NCBI GenBank assembly: GCA_046563655.1
Contig: CM102286.1
Location: 2,046,001 to 2,110,000 of the forward strand
Direction: 5' to 3'
Length of the DNA stretch: 64,000 nucleotides
DNA from: Yuukianura sp. NJ FZ-2021
Lineage: Eukaryota
This document shows positions 1-12,483 of the stretch, piece by piece. Both the position numbers and the translations under genes were made by a program. The notes beneath the pieces are model-generated. The model saw only the letters and a program-made list of their open reading frames with translations. It did not search any database and was not told the DNA's origin. Each line of letters opens with the position of its first letter. Position 1 is the stretch's first letter.

Positions 1-305
1 CTGCTACATTATGGTCCTGGTTTTAATGGCAAACGACTTTCTATTTGACGTACAATTGATGTCAACCACTCTCCAGATTCATATTAACAAGTATGTAAAA
101 CAAAAGTAAAAAAAACTGTAAATCAAACAGTTTATGTTAAAAATTAAAAAAGTTGACATCCATTAGGTTGTTGACACTGACGAGGGTGGTTGGAATCACA
201 ACTATTCTAAATCCAGCCACCAAGGAATACCGCGGTCTCTTAAAGTTTCCACTTACAAAACCAATTGAAAGGAGAGCAACGAAGAAGAAATCAGGTGGAA
301 AATAA
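1..305 (+). CDS. POLR1E: 3' end of a likely RNA polymerase I subunit RPA49 (exons <1-90 and 167-305)
   Basis: Splicing the GT-AG intron 91-166 gives CYIMVLVLMANDFLFDVQLMSTTLQIHINKLLTLTRVVG...GLLKFPLTKPIERRATKKKSGGK*. This resembles the RPA49/PAF53 C-terminus (YxxxLxL..DF..D, then LxxPL, then a basic tail). Not in the ORF track. Confidence 0.65.
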
Positions 306-529
306 TTATATTTTTGTACACCTAATTTAATACACCAGAAGTTAAATAAAACGTTGAATTTTTACAGCCAATGCTTAATAGAGTTTTAGTAAATTCCAGG
401 TTCAAATTAAATTAAACAATTCCAGTTAAAAAGTTAGACTTCATATTAAACGTGTGATATTCTTAATTGACCATTATAGATACCGTCTTCGTCCCAGTTT
501 CACTTTATAAATTAAAAAAAATTGACTTT

Positions 530-2948
530 TTAGTCACGATCACGCTCCCCACGTTGCATTCCCGGTGGGATTGAGTAGCGAGCCACGGTGAGACCTTGTT
601 GCTGTTGCTGGGAATGCGGTGAGCTGGACAGTTGACCGCCGTGACTGTAGCTCAGTCGCTGCTGACTATTGCCAGCATAAATCACCTATAAACCAACGCC
701 GAAAGTATAAAGTATTCAGACCTGACATCTGCCAAAGAAAAAAACGAACGAAGAACGTTTTTGTTAAAAATCTCACATCACCCCAACTGCATTGGAAATT
801 GTTTGAACAATATAATAAAGTTTAAAATGTTTTGAATTAATTTAAGAAATGGCATTTTAAAAAACTGAAAAGTAAATTATAAACTTTTCTGCTTTTTAAA
901 ATTCATCTTTAAATTCATTTTCAGTATTTTTAACTTTTTTTTAATTAATTAGCTTGTTATTGTTCAAAGAATTTCGAACAATGTTGGGGTGTTTTGAGAT
1001 TTTTCCAAAAAACGTTGGTTTTTCGCTGATCGCTCCGTAGAGAAAGACCAAGGGCTTTCAGATTAGGTTTATAGCAACAATATTTACCTGTGGCGACGGT
1101 GGTCGTCCTTGAAACGCAGTTGCGGTAGGTGTCGTCCGAATCGGATATCCCGAAGTGATACTTCCAGCTGAAGATCCCTGGAATGAAATCGGTCCTTGCA
1201 TACTAGAATCCTTTTTATTTCTGGCTTCGTAGCCTACTACTACCTGCTGCGACGGTTGAATGTTCAGTGATGGATGCAAGTTCATGTGACTTCCGCCAGT
1301 ACGAAGCAAAGTCATTTGTGTCGGGGGTGGATAGTACTTCGGACTGTCATCTTGCGTGAATTTGGAAATTGGAGAGCCATGCTTAAAAGTTAAGTTTTTA
1401 GGAGTTATACTGGCAGTACAATTCCTGATGTTTGTTTAAAACTTACCTCCATTGGATGCAAAACGTTAACATATCCTCTGGAGATTGATGGTGGGCCCAA
1501 GTATATTCCACCATGAGCCTGGATTTGCTTCGGTGGTTCATCACGACTTGTCTGATTACTGCCACTGCTGCTCCCACCAGTCGACGGGTAAGTAAACATT
1601 GACGGAGCTTGAGAATGGTGGTTCGGATATGCTGCTGAAATGAGCGATGATTGCCCCTGTTGTTGCGAAGAGGGCGATGAAGAGTAGTGTACGCCCATGG
1701 GGGGTTCTGCGAATTGAGTAATTATGTGGTTAATTCATGATTAATTGAACATGTCATTGGATGTTTCTTTGGTAAGTTCGAACTATGCGGATATGCATGG
1801 ACAGCATGTGGTGGAGGCTTGAATGGCCCGAATCTGTAATTGTGTGCTGGAGGAGAAGGGCTTCTGGACCTCTTTACTCCCTAACGGGAAAGCACATGTT
1901 TAGATACTGTGTAGATATTAGTAATTGGATTATAAATAATGAATTTTCTGAATTACTTGTGGAATCAACGTAGGTTGTCCATGTTGCTGCAAGTGCTGAG
2001 GCGGAATTGGCCCTCCCTTGTACAACGCTGGTCTCGTCAGAGTCATCGGAGGTTGCAAAAACATCTGAGCCGCAGTCGGACCAATTTGTTGCGGTGGTTG
2101 ACCTTGTCCTCCACTGTTGTGATAGTTCATACTCATCAGCTCACTGTCCCAAAAAGAACAACGATTTATCATTAAATGTAACAGTACGAAGACGTACTAA
2201 ATGAATAGGTACCTCGCTTCCTTCCGGCGCCTCATATCATCTTCGTTGAGAACTTTCTTTAATTGCAGAAACAACTGGTGCTTCTCTGTTTTCAGTTCGG
2301 CTAGATGAGAATCCAATTTCGCAATTTGTTCCCTCGTCTCGCTAAGTGTCATGGAGTCTTGTTTCTGTTGTCGTTCCCGCTCCTTTCTCTGACGCTCCAC
2401 TTCTGCGTTGGCTTCAAGTTCTACATTCAATAAAAGAGAGAAATAAGGCAAACATCATAAATTGGGTAACAGCGCATGAGCGTCTGATATTCCAGTCATT
2501 CTGCTTATTCACACAAACTGTTCCAGGGAGGACAATCACCATCTCATGCAAATCATCCAAACGATACTATTCCCTTGAGCAAAAAATCAACCAATTGAAT
2601 TCATTAGCCATCGTCATCATCACATGGTCTTTCTTTGGTACATTGCCAAGCTACTACATGCCACATTTTCATTCCACAAAAGTAGTGAAACTACGGAGCT
2701 AACATAAACTGCTGCGCAAGAATTAATCGCTGAACGTTAAAAAAGGAGTAACGAGCGTACCTCGAAGAAAGATATCAACGATTAAGAGCATATGTTCAGC
2801 TGAGACGCTGAGAGTTTGACTGACGGTAATTGATTTGTAAGTTACCTTGTTTCTTCCGTTCTCTTTCACGCATAATATTCGTTTTCAGCGATTCCCAAAG
2901 TGCCCTAGTCATTTTAGGGCCCTTGGGTTCAACTACCACTGGTGGCAT
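530..2948 (-). CDS. GPS2: G protein pathway suppressor 2 (NCoR/SMRT-HDAC3 complex subunit), multi-exon
   Basis: Exon 2846-2948 (MPPVVVEPKGPKMTRALWESLKTNIMRERERKKQ) splices to 2213-2420 (...MTLSETREQIAKL...EKHQLFLQLKKVLNED), the GPS2 coiled-coil signature. Q/P/S-rich exons follow, and the last exon 530-685 ends GERDRD*. Confidence 0.88.
754..1016. repeat. Imperfect inverted repeat (arms 754-812 and 958-1016) in the last GPS2 intron
   Basis: The two 59-nt arms align without gaps at about 48/59 identity. A weaker inner arm pair lies near 857-878 and 911-933. Confidence 0.75.
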
Positions 2949-3351
2949 TTGCAGAGCTTAAATGACTGTACCCAAATCGGTTTTAGGTTACTGCACTAAT
3001 TAAAAAAATTAATTAACTGTAAACAATCAATTGGATATTGGATAATGTTTATTTTTTTTATCTTTTGCTAGGGCTAGGAAAAGGAAACTCCCAATTTACA
3101 TCATTTAAATCCGATCGGCTTTCCCGCGGACTCTGCTTTAGTCTTACCGGTAGGTCACCGTTACGTCACTGAAAGTTTAAGACAATTGTGTCCTACTGTT
3201 TCAGCCGTGTTAGTAACCGATCTTTTGCGAATTAATACTAGTGACGCTAAAATGACTAACTATTGTTGATAAGCTTATGTCGAGGATGAATAGATTCATG
3301 CTGAGTAAATTTTTATCTTAACCAATCGATACTTTGTACAGATATTTCGAG

Positions 3352-4463
3352 ATGTCCACCAATTTAGCCCCGCCAGCGCCACCACCACCCCCGGCTCCAT
3401 CGCTGTCTGTCGGACCACCTAACTGGAACGCCAGCACAAACCTCCAGAATTTTTTTGAACGATGTACCCAATCCACAGAAGACATTCAGAAAGAAATCAG
3501 AAACAACTTGAACAACGTTTTAGAATTACGCGAAAACGAAGGCAAATTCGCCATTTGTAGTTTTTCATCAGTACAGCCCATGGTGCAACGCGGTCCAGTG
3601 TAAGAAAAACCAAAACATTAGAAACCCAATTGCTCTAGTCAAAGTAAACTAATTGATTAATTTATATTACATAGATGTGGTCTTGTGGCCCTCGGAATGG
3701 CGTTGGACCATTACGCCCAAACCGAGACACGTTTGGAAGACGTTTTTGAACAAGCAAAAAACGTTGGAATGACGAAAAGTGGAGAAATGTTTTCAGCTAA
3801 AAAACTGAAACAATTAACGGAATGGTCAACTTCCAACTTAAATGTAGCAACTAACTGTTATCCAGAACTTGTGGACACAGAAGTACCAGAGTCAACAACC
3901 AAAATACTATCATGCCTTATGAACAATGACTTGGTCCTAATACCGTAAGCTACCCAGACCCATCTTAAGTTTGTACAACGAAAATTACGATTACTACGAT
4001 TAAAGTTGAACTAATCCTAAAATTTTTGAATTACAGCTACGATGCCGACTACAATCATGCTCCAGCCAAGCGGAATGGAATCGCTGCACATTGGGCAGTC
4101 ATCATAGGATTTGCTGTGATACTGCCTCAAAACTCTGATTCTACAACATTTCAGATAACTGAACCGACCATAACTGAAACTACCTTGGACGACAGAATTG
4201 CTTTCACGGATACGTTAACATCAGAACAAAAATCGTTGATTCTAGAACTGATTAACAGTCACCCATCGTCTATCTACGCAATTTGTCGACAGGGAAAAAG
4301 TAAACATATAGGACTGTGGGTATTTCCTGGTTTACTTGAAAGTAATCAAAATCTGAAGGACATTGGAGACAAAATTAGACAAAACCCGGACGAATATGTT
4401 CTAGAATCAATTGATATTACACTAAAATCCCAAGCCATTCTCCTCTGGAGGAAGTCAAAGTAG
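3352..4463 (+). CDS. ACTMAP: Actin maturation protease (C19orf54/UPF0692), 3 exons
   Basis: N-terminal polyproline. The spliced sequence contains QRGPVCGLVALGMA (catalytic Cys motif), G-MTKSGEMFSA, LIP/YDADYNHAP, AHWAVIIG and QGKSKH, all ACTMAP-family motifs. Confidence 0.88.
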
Positions 4464-4888
4464 AAACGGGAAGTTAAATGTTATGGAATTATATTAATAT
4501 ATAATTATAATTTATGATTTTATACATAAAATTCTATCTGCATGTAAACTGTAATATTTTTTACAAGTTTTACTTCTAAAAGAAGACTTACTGCTATTAA
4601 CAATTAACTAACATTAGGACATAATTCATATAGCATACTTTTAAACTTAAAAATTAATTGAAACAAAACTAACTCTGCAGAAAAACTCATCGAGTTCTAC
4701 AGGGTTTTCTGGATGAAAAACGTCAGTTACTTTTAAATTGTAGTTTTTACAAAATGGCTGAATTTGTTAAGGACTCCTCACACTACGAATTAATCAAGGT
4801 TACTAATTAATCAATTAACGCTAATCCGATGGTACAATATCATTGCGTCGTCAATCCTTAGTAATTAAGTGTACAAACTTACAGTCCT

Positions 4889-6620
4889 TTAATATCCATC
4901 GTGCTCTTGCTCGTTTGCGTCATATTCATGTTTACGTTTTCCAGCATCTGAATTTCCGTCTGCTTCTATGCTGCCGATTCCCTCAAATGCGTCAGCAGCT
5001 CCTTCTTTGTCATCTTCTTCTGCTCGTTCTTGTGATCCTACTGATGCTGCTGAGACTATGCGTTTTCGTTTCGGATGTTCATCAGTAAGGACAGTAGTAA
5101 CGCAGTCAACATTTACAAAATTTACATCTTTCATCAGTGCTTTCAGTTCGTCTTCCATGTTAACATCAAGGGGATCCGTGGTTACACGGGTAGTGTCATG
5201 CTCATCCTTGTGTTCCCAGTAACGCCGATTCTGTTCCTCGTAACTCTCGAGCTCAGTCAGTACAGTTTTACGCTTATTGGCAATCATTTCTGTACAAAAA
5301 CGAAACAAATTGATGAACAAAGCGAGTTACAAATAAACACAACGTATAATTGATAGATGATTGTACCTTCGACAAACGTTTTTGATTCGTCCAGTCGACA
5401 CTCAGTAATGGGATTCATGACTTTTGGAAGGAAAAAGATATTTGGCTTAGACTCGGTTCGAATGAAGTTCTTCAAGTGTTTCGTCTTTTCTTCCCATTCT
5501 TCGAGCTGTGAACAATTGAATGTCAGTAAATATTCGTTTAAAACTCGACCGTCACAAAAAGTCATTGACTTTTACCTGTTCCAAACGATGCTTCTTGTAT
5601 TCCAATTTTTTGATTTCTGTTAACTTGAGTTTATGATCACGAATTAACTTTTGTTTCTCCTTCTTCACAGATTCCTTCTCCTGCATCGCTTGTTCCTCCA
5701 ACTTCGCTTCAATTTGAGCTCTCTTGTCTTCCTACAAACTCAATTAATTAGTAACGTTTTGTATAAATTACAAACTGCATACACCAGAATCACAATGTTT
5801 TACTTTTTCTTTTAGTTTTGATTCATCTTGTTTGAACCGATGAAGTGTACCAAGCAAGGCACCGAACATCCTACGATTCCTGTCCCTTCCAGACTGATCT
5901 TGACGTTGTTCTGCTAGAACTTCTTCTCGAGACTTCTCCTTTCCAGACGGCACTACCCTCGATTGTAGCTGAATATGCAAAAATGTACAAAAGTAAAGCT
6001 TACGAGAAGTAAAAACGTTTTGAGTAGACTCACCCTCTGATTCATATCTCCTCGTCCATGATCTCTGCTAAACCGTGGTGGACCACCATGACCATTATTG
6101 AACAGGTCACCATTTCCATACTCTCTGTCGTCTGAACCTGGTTTGATCAATCTAGAAGCTAGAACGATTGGAGCTGAACGTTTTGTACTGGATCCTTGGG
6201 TTTCAGATACAAACCGTCGCCTTTTGTCGAATGGCTCGTCTTCTCTGCTACTATAGTTGTCATTGTCCCTTCCCCTCCGACGATGAAACTTGTCATCCTC
6301 TCGTGATCTTGTTGTGGTCAACTCCACACCGATCTCTCCGTCTTCAAGAGGAACTTCCTCAACTAGGCGCCCTTCTGGCAAACTTCGTCGAGGCGGCCTG
6401 GAAGTAATAATGAGTCCGGGTAAAGATAACGTTGATTTCATATTACTAATTCTCGTAAAGAAATGTACCGTGGCTGAAATGTGTTAAGTTCAGAAGCATC
6501 TTTCCCAAACACGCGTTTGATGCTGTCCTCAACACCACGCAGAGTTGCTCTAGCATTTTCCAGTTCCGTGTCCAGAGTTGACTTGAGGGAGAATTTAGTC
6601 GAAATGACATCAGCTGCCAT
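4889..6620 (-). CDS. PNN: Pinin (EJC/PSAP splicing-associated protein), multi-exon
   Basis: N-terminal LDTELENARATLRGVEDSIKRVFG, RNRRMFGALLGTLHRFKQDE, and HLKNFIRTESKPNIFFLPK (pinin/SDK/memA domain), with an acidic C-terminus. Confidence 0.9.
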
Positions 6621-7303
6621 TCCCAAGTCCGTGCCCACTCTCTGAAATAACGATAGAATTTAATCACTCAATTAGTAAACTATGAATTTGTGAAACAGCT
6701 AACAACATATGATTGCACAACTCCCCGCTTCACCGGCATATTTTGCAGTATTTCATATATTACCCTTGTTATGACAAAAAACGATAATTGGTTTGTAGTC
6801 TGCTCGCTGTTTCAACTCCTACGATCGATTTGCTTGATGAGTCGTTGAGTAGACAGCAATAATCAATGGTGGAAGTTGCTAACTTCAGAGGTGCTAAAAC
6901 TGGACAAACCAAAGTTTTACAGTTTCTTTCCTTACCGTTTACCCCTTGCTGTCTGATTTTCTGGATCTCCGTCTCGTACTGGAAAAAAACCCGCAATAAG
7001 CCAAACCAGCCACACCGAGCTAAAATAGAATTCGGAAGTCGGCAAATTCAGCTCGTCAAGCTCATGTTGCGGTGTGCTCCCTCCTTTATAGCATTTTTTT
7101 TCTCGTAGTCTCTCCCTCTCTCTATGTGATTCATTGCTGGGCCGATTATGCGTTTCTCAAAACTTATTTACACAAGACATTATGATAAATTCATAACAAA
7201 AATTCATGTTTTTGTAAAGCGTTTAATGAGATTTTTGTGTTTTAAGCGTAAAACGGATCACCAGTTGGATACCCGACATTGGGCAAAAATTGTAGGATGA
7301 AGA

Positions 7304-9319
7304 TTATTGAGAAATCTTGTCAGAACCAGAAGTATCTTCGGAAGAGGGCTCGCGGTATTCATGAGCATAAAATCCGTTGAAATCGGTGAAAACGCTGAAC
7401 AGAATGTGACCGCACCCACTGCAACAAATAAGCTTTAACAAAAATACTTTATACATGACTTAATTTAATTTAATTGTCACCTTCTCACGATGTCTTGGAA
7501 TGTAATCTTCAATGGATCCACCGGTTTGATCATATCGAACACCTCGTCTTTGATGTTGTCAAACGACACTCGTTCTGTGTTGTTCAGGTTCATCATGTTC
7601 AGTATGTCCTGAACAAAGAGTTTTTAGTAAACGCATTGAAATGAAACAAGTCGTGTTTCTCTTACCTTGTAAAAGTACTGGAGCGTAAAAGCATCCAAGT
7701 ATCCCTTCTTGTCAATATCCAACAACTTGAAATACAACTTCAGAGACTGGAGTTCCCTTGGATTTTCAAAGGCCAAGATCAGTTCAGCGTAGGTCCGGAA
7801 ATCCATTTGTCCATCGTCGTATGTATGACACTCTTCAAAGATCCGTTTTACAAATGCTGGCGTAAAGTTCATATCTCCATTTGAATAGCTGCAGAAAAAT
7901 GAAACAGAGTATAGTCTAATAATACCGCATATTAAAACGTATAACAATTGAGATGTACGTACTACAAAAACTCATCGGCATTCAACATTCCACTTTTGTC
8001 CCTGTCCAACTCCATAAAGTGCATGTAGATTCTCTGCGTCGACTCCCAGCTAAACCAACTTGGAACTGGCGAAGGGTCACGTTCACGAAGCTAAAGAACA
8101 AAAACGTTTATAAAACGATTGAAATCAGATGTTCATTTCATGTAACATCACAAACGTCGTAAACGTCTTACATCTAAAAGTTCGTCAATGAGGTAACTTG
8201 CTAAAATGTCCACAATCTTAATTTTCCTGGTTCTGTTTGGATCAAGGAAGAACAAAAATTTGGCTGCGGCAGCACAAACATAGAACGGTAGGAACTCTGC
8301 GTCCATGCCTTTGAGTTGCGTGAACGTAGGAATGAGATCTCGGATGTAATTTTCTAATTGCTGAAAAACAGAAAAACACAATGCAAGCAAACAAGAAGTT
8401 GCTGGAACTTATTATTATTTACTTTAGTTTTTGCTAGTATTTAGTTGTTTCTTTGATTTACTTGCTCTTTGATGAATCCTTCTCCAGTATCGTCGTACAA
8501 CGACAGAGATATGCGTGTCTGCAGCAACCATGTCTTTCGCATGACGTATGTGAAGAGAGTCTCGATTGGAACACGCATGAAGGGGTCATCCGTAATCAGG
8601 GTGACAAAGGCTGGATGACCGTCGGGTGTTGTCAGAAGTTGCCTGCAAAAATACTGGTAAGCCTCAACGGTAACTAGGTAAATGTAAAAATGGTTAAACT
8701 TACTGGCAGTTTTCCTTTAACGTTGCTACCATCTTCTTGTAGTTTCCAAAGCCCATGAACTTAACTCCGTTGTCTCCTTGGAATGGTGGGTTGGCATGCT
8801 TCTCAAATACTGAGTACAACTCCTAAAAAACACATTGAATAAACGATTTGTCTTTCCAAAGTATTGGTTAAGCTTAGTCCATTAAGATTCAAATGCTGTA
8901 GCTTACGGTTAGTTCCATGTGGCTCAACAAGTCTTCACTTTTCTTCCTCATGTGCATGTCTCTCGCATGTTCCCGTATTTTTAGTTGGATAATGTCGTTA
9001 TTATGCAACCTCTGCAAAATTCGATTGAATTGTAATTAAGACCTAAGACTAAGAGTGGTATTAAGTGTTGTTCAGATCAGCGCCAGCTTGCCTTGGTATA
9101 AAACTTTGGAATTTCCTTGTCTGAGTCCTCTTCGTCGAAGTCTTCCATGTTAGTTGGCAAATCGGTATCGTTCCCAGAGCTCAAACGCCAATCCATCCCC
9201 GTTAAAATCCTTTTCTCAGGGTTTTGATTTTTCACGCCAGACGAATCTAAGTCGTTTGTCTCCAGAGAAGCCATTTTCCGCTGCAACCCCGCCTTCAGTT
9301 GTTTCATTTTATCCTTCAT
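7304..9319 (-). CDS. PPP2R3C: PP2A regulatory subunit B'' gamma (EF-hand), multi-exon
   Basis: IPKFY, LENYIRDLIPTF, FYVCAAAAKFLFFLDPNRTRKIKI, RIFEECHTYDDGQMDFRTY, YFKLLDIDKKGYL, IKDEVFDMIKP and terminal DFNGFYAHEYRE match PPP2R3C. The first coding intron (9012-9091) is apparently GC-AG. Confidence 0.9.
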
Positions 9320-10087
9320 CCTGCCTTTTTCAGAATCTGAAACAGAAACACAGCCAAAATCAACAAAACAACAAACAATTTTGTTCTTTTCTTCAAAATC
9401 TTCTCACCTTTGGCAACCAATGGGAGATTAAGGCATCACCGGAAAATTTAGCTGAAAAAAAGTAATGAACAAGTTCTATGTCAGCGTCATAAAATACTAA
9501 ACGTGTTAATTAAAAACTTTAATTAAGCAACGATTTAGCATTTAAGAACTGATTTATCATGAAGACACAGACACAGAAGATGAAAAATGAGACTTTAATT
9601 CATTTTAATGTTTTGTTTACCATTACAAAAAAGATTCCCGCTTTTTTCCTCCGCTTGTCTCAAAATTCTTCCACGCAACACAATATTAAAAACTTTTTTT
9701 TTGTGTAAATTAATCGATTATTGAAAAAAAATGTAAAAAAAAAATCCATTTGATGAAAAAACTCCTCAAAACCTAGATTTTGTTTCAGTCAAGTCAGTCA
9801 GATTTCTACACAACAGAAATCGTTAACTTTTTAAATATGATCTTTTGAAATCAGATTTCTGCCAATTTAACAATGATTTATTTAACGCGAAACCTTAACC
9901 TTAACCTTGTTCCTTTTTTGCCAAATTGTTTATAATAAATCCATGGTCGTTCATAAATGGTTGATGAATTTTTACCCAAGTTGACTCACCTTCTACGTCT
10001 ATTTTTGTAGCAGACGAGAATACATGACGCCTACACTCCAAAATGATAGCATCATCCAATCTTTGCGTTGGTTTTGATGCCGAAAAC

Positions 10088-10102
10088 ATTCTAGAAATTT
10101 CC
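10088..10102. promoter_or_regulatory. Heat shock element (three inverted nGAAn units)
   Basis: aTTCtaGAAatTTCc about 280 bp upstream of the Hsp70 ATG. Partial units lie at ~10201 (TTCttGAA) and ~10370 (GAAacTTC). Confidence 0.75.
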
Positions 10103-10381
10103 AAAAGATCAAAAATATACCACGGAAGATACACAAGATTTTCCGCCTTTCTGCCATTTCTTGTTCAGCACTGTCAAAGTCACCAGAATCTGCGTACTTA
10201 TTCTTGAAATTGAAGTAGAAACAGGCCACTTCAGAGAATCGCATCTCCGAGGAAAGATCTGTTCAGTTCTTCGAAAAAAACATAACTTAGTTCATACCAA
10301 AAACTTTTAGTTAAAAAATCGGTTTCTGGATTTCCATACCAGAATTCAAAGGAAACTTGCAACTTATAAGAAACTTCGAAG

Positions 10382-12361
10382 ATGTCAAAGGGCAAACCCG
10401 TCGCCATCGGAATTGACCTGGGCACGACCTTCTCTTGTGTCGGAATCTGGCAACACGGAAAAGTTGAAATTATTGCCAATGACCAAGGAAATCGGACAAC
10501 TCCGAGCTATGTAGCTTTCACGGACACGGAGAGGCTTATCGGAGATGCTGCTAAGAATCAAGTGGCGATGAATCCTAATAACACGATTTTCGATGCCAAG
10601 AGGTAAACTACAGTTAAAGTTTTTCAAATTAAAATTTCAAAAACAAAATAAATTTTTATAATTTCTATGATAATACTTACAAGGTTAATCGGAAGAAAGT
10701 TTGATGACCCCAAGATCCAAGCGGACATGAAACACTGGCCATTCAAGGTCATCAGCCGAGCTACCAAACCATTTATCGAAGTAGAATTCAAAGGAGAAAC
10801 GAAAACATTTTCTCCAGAAGAAATCAGTTCCATGGTTTTGATCAAGATGAAGGAAACCGCTGAAGCCTTTTTGGGTCAAAAGGTCAGCGATGCTGTCATC
10901 ACCGTTCCAGCCTACTTCAACGACTCCCAGCGTCAAGCTACCAAAGACGCCGGAGTTATCGCTGGACTCAACGTCCTTCGAATCATCAACGAACCTACGG
11001 CTGCTGCTTTAGCTTATGGTCTGGACAAGAACTTGAAAGGTGAACGGAACGTTTTGATCTTTGACCTCGGCGGAGGTACTTTCGATGTCTCCATTCTGAC
11101 TATTGACGAAGGCTCACTCTTCGAAGTCCGCTCTACAGCTGGTGACACTCATCTCGGTGGAGAAGATTTTGACAATCGCTTGGTTCAGCATTTCGTGGAA
11201 GAGTTTAAGCGTAAATTCAAGAAAGATCTGAGCGGAAGTCCACGAGCATTACGCCGACTGCGAACAGCATGCGAACGGGCTAAACGTACATTGTCTTCCA
11301 ATAGCGAAGCAAGTATTGAAATTGATGCTCTGCATGATGGAGTTGACTTCTATACCAAAGTATCTCGAGCCAGATTTGAAGAACTGTGTCTTGACCTGTT
11401 TCGGTCAACACTTGAACCAGTTGAAAAAGCACTGAAGGATGCCAAGATGGACAAGAGCCAAATCCATGACGTTGTGCTCGTAGGCGGATCCACTCGAATT
11501 CCTAAAGTTCAAAAACTGCTACAAGATTTTTTCAATGGAAAAGAGCTGAATAAGTCTATAAATCCGGATGAGGCTGTAGCTTACGGAGCAGCTGTTCAGG
11601 CAGCTATTCTGATTGGTGACACGAGTTCGGCAATTCAGGATGTACTGCTGGTCGATGTTGCTCCACTGTCACTTGGAATTGAAACTGCTGGGGGCGTTAT
11701 GACGAAGATTATTGAACGAAACAGTCGCATACCCTGCAAACAATCTAAAACGTTTACAACGTACTCTGACAATCAAAATGCCGTTACAATTCAAATATTT
11801 GAAGGTGAACGGGCAATGACCAAAGACAATAACACTCTGGGCACATTCAATCTTACCGGAATCCCGCCAGCTCCGCGAGGTGTTCCACAGATTGACGTTA
11901 CCTTTGACATTGATGCTAATGGAATACTCAACGTTTCGGCCAAGGACACAAGTACTGGCAAATCTGAAAAGATAACAATCAAGAACGACAAGGGCAGATT
12001 AAGTAAAGAGGAAATTGAGAAGATGGTGGCGGATGCTGACAAGTACAAGGCCGAAGATGAGAAACAAAGAGAAAAAGTTTCTGCTCGGAATCAGCTGGAA
12101 GGTTATGTGTTTGGAGCCAAACAAGCACTAGATGGAGCTCCGTCGGACAAGTTATCTGAATCAGAAAAGTCTTCTGGACTAAAGAAGTGTCAAGAAATGT
12201 TGTCATGGTTGGACAACAATTTGTTGGCGGAAAAAGATGAATTTGAATTTAAATTGAAGGAGATCCAGAAGGAAATTCAGCCGTTGATGATCAAATTGCA
12301 CGGCGGCGGTGGAGCTGCTGCTGGAGGTGGCAAAGGTCCCACCGTTGAAGAAGTTGACTAA
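10382..12361 (+). CDS. Hsp70: Cytosolic Hsp70, inducible type; exons 10382-10602 and 10684-12361
   Basis: [48 protein letters not shown] and C-terminal GPTVEEVD. No GGMP repeats. An 81-nt GT-AG intron falls within the Arg codon of DAKR/LIG. Confidence 0.96.
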
Positions 12362-12483
12362 ACTTATTTTTCGTTTGTCCTTCAAAGTTAAACAATCAAA
12401 TTAAATAAAGTTAAAATTAACATTTGACTTAAAGATTTATTCATTTTAAAATTGCGTGAAACGGAGATGGACTTCATCTGTCA

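Noticed and set aside
2450..2700. C/D snoRNA in the first GPS2 intron (minus-strand GTGATGA)
   Set aside because: No suitably placed CTGA D box or terminal stem was found.
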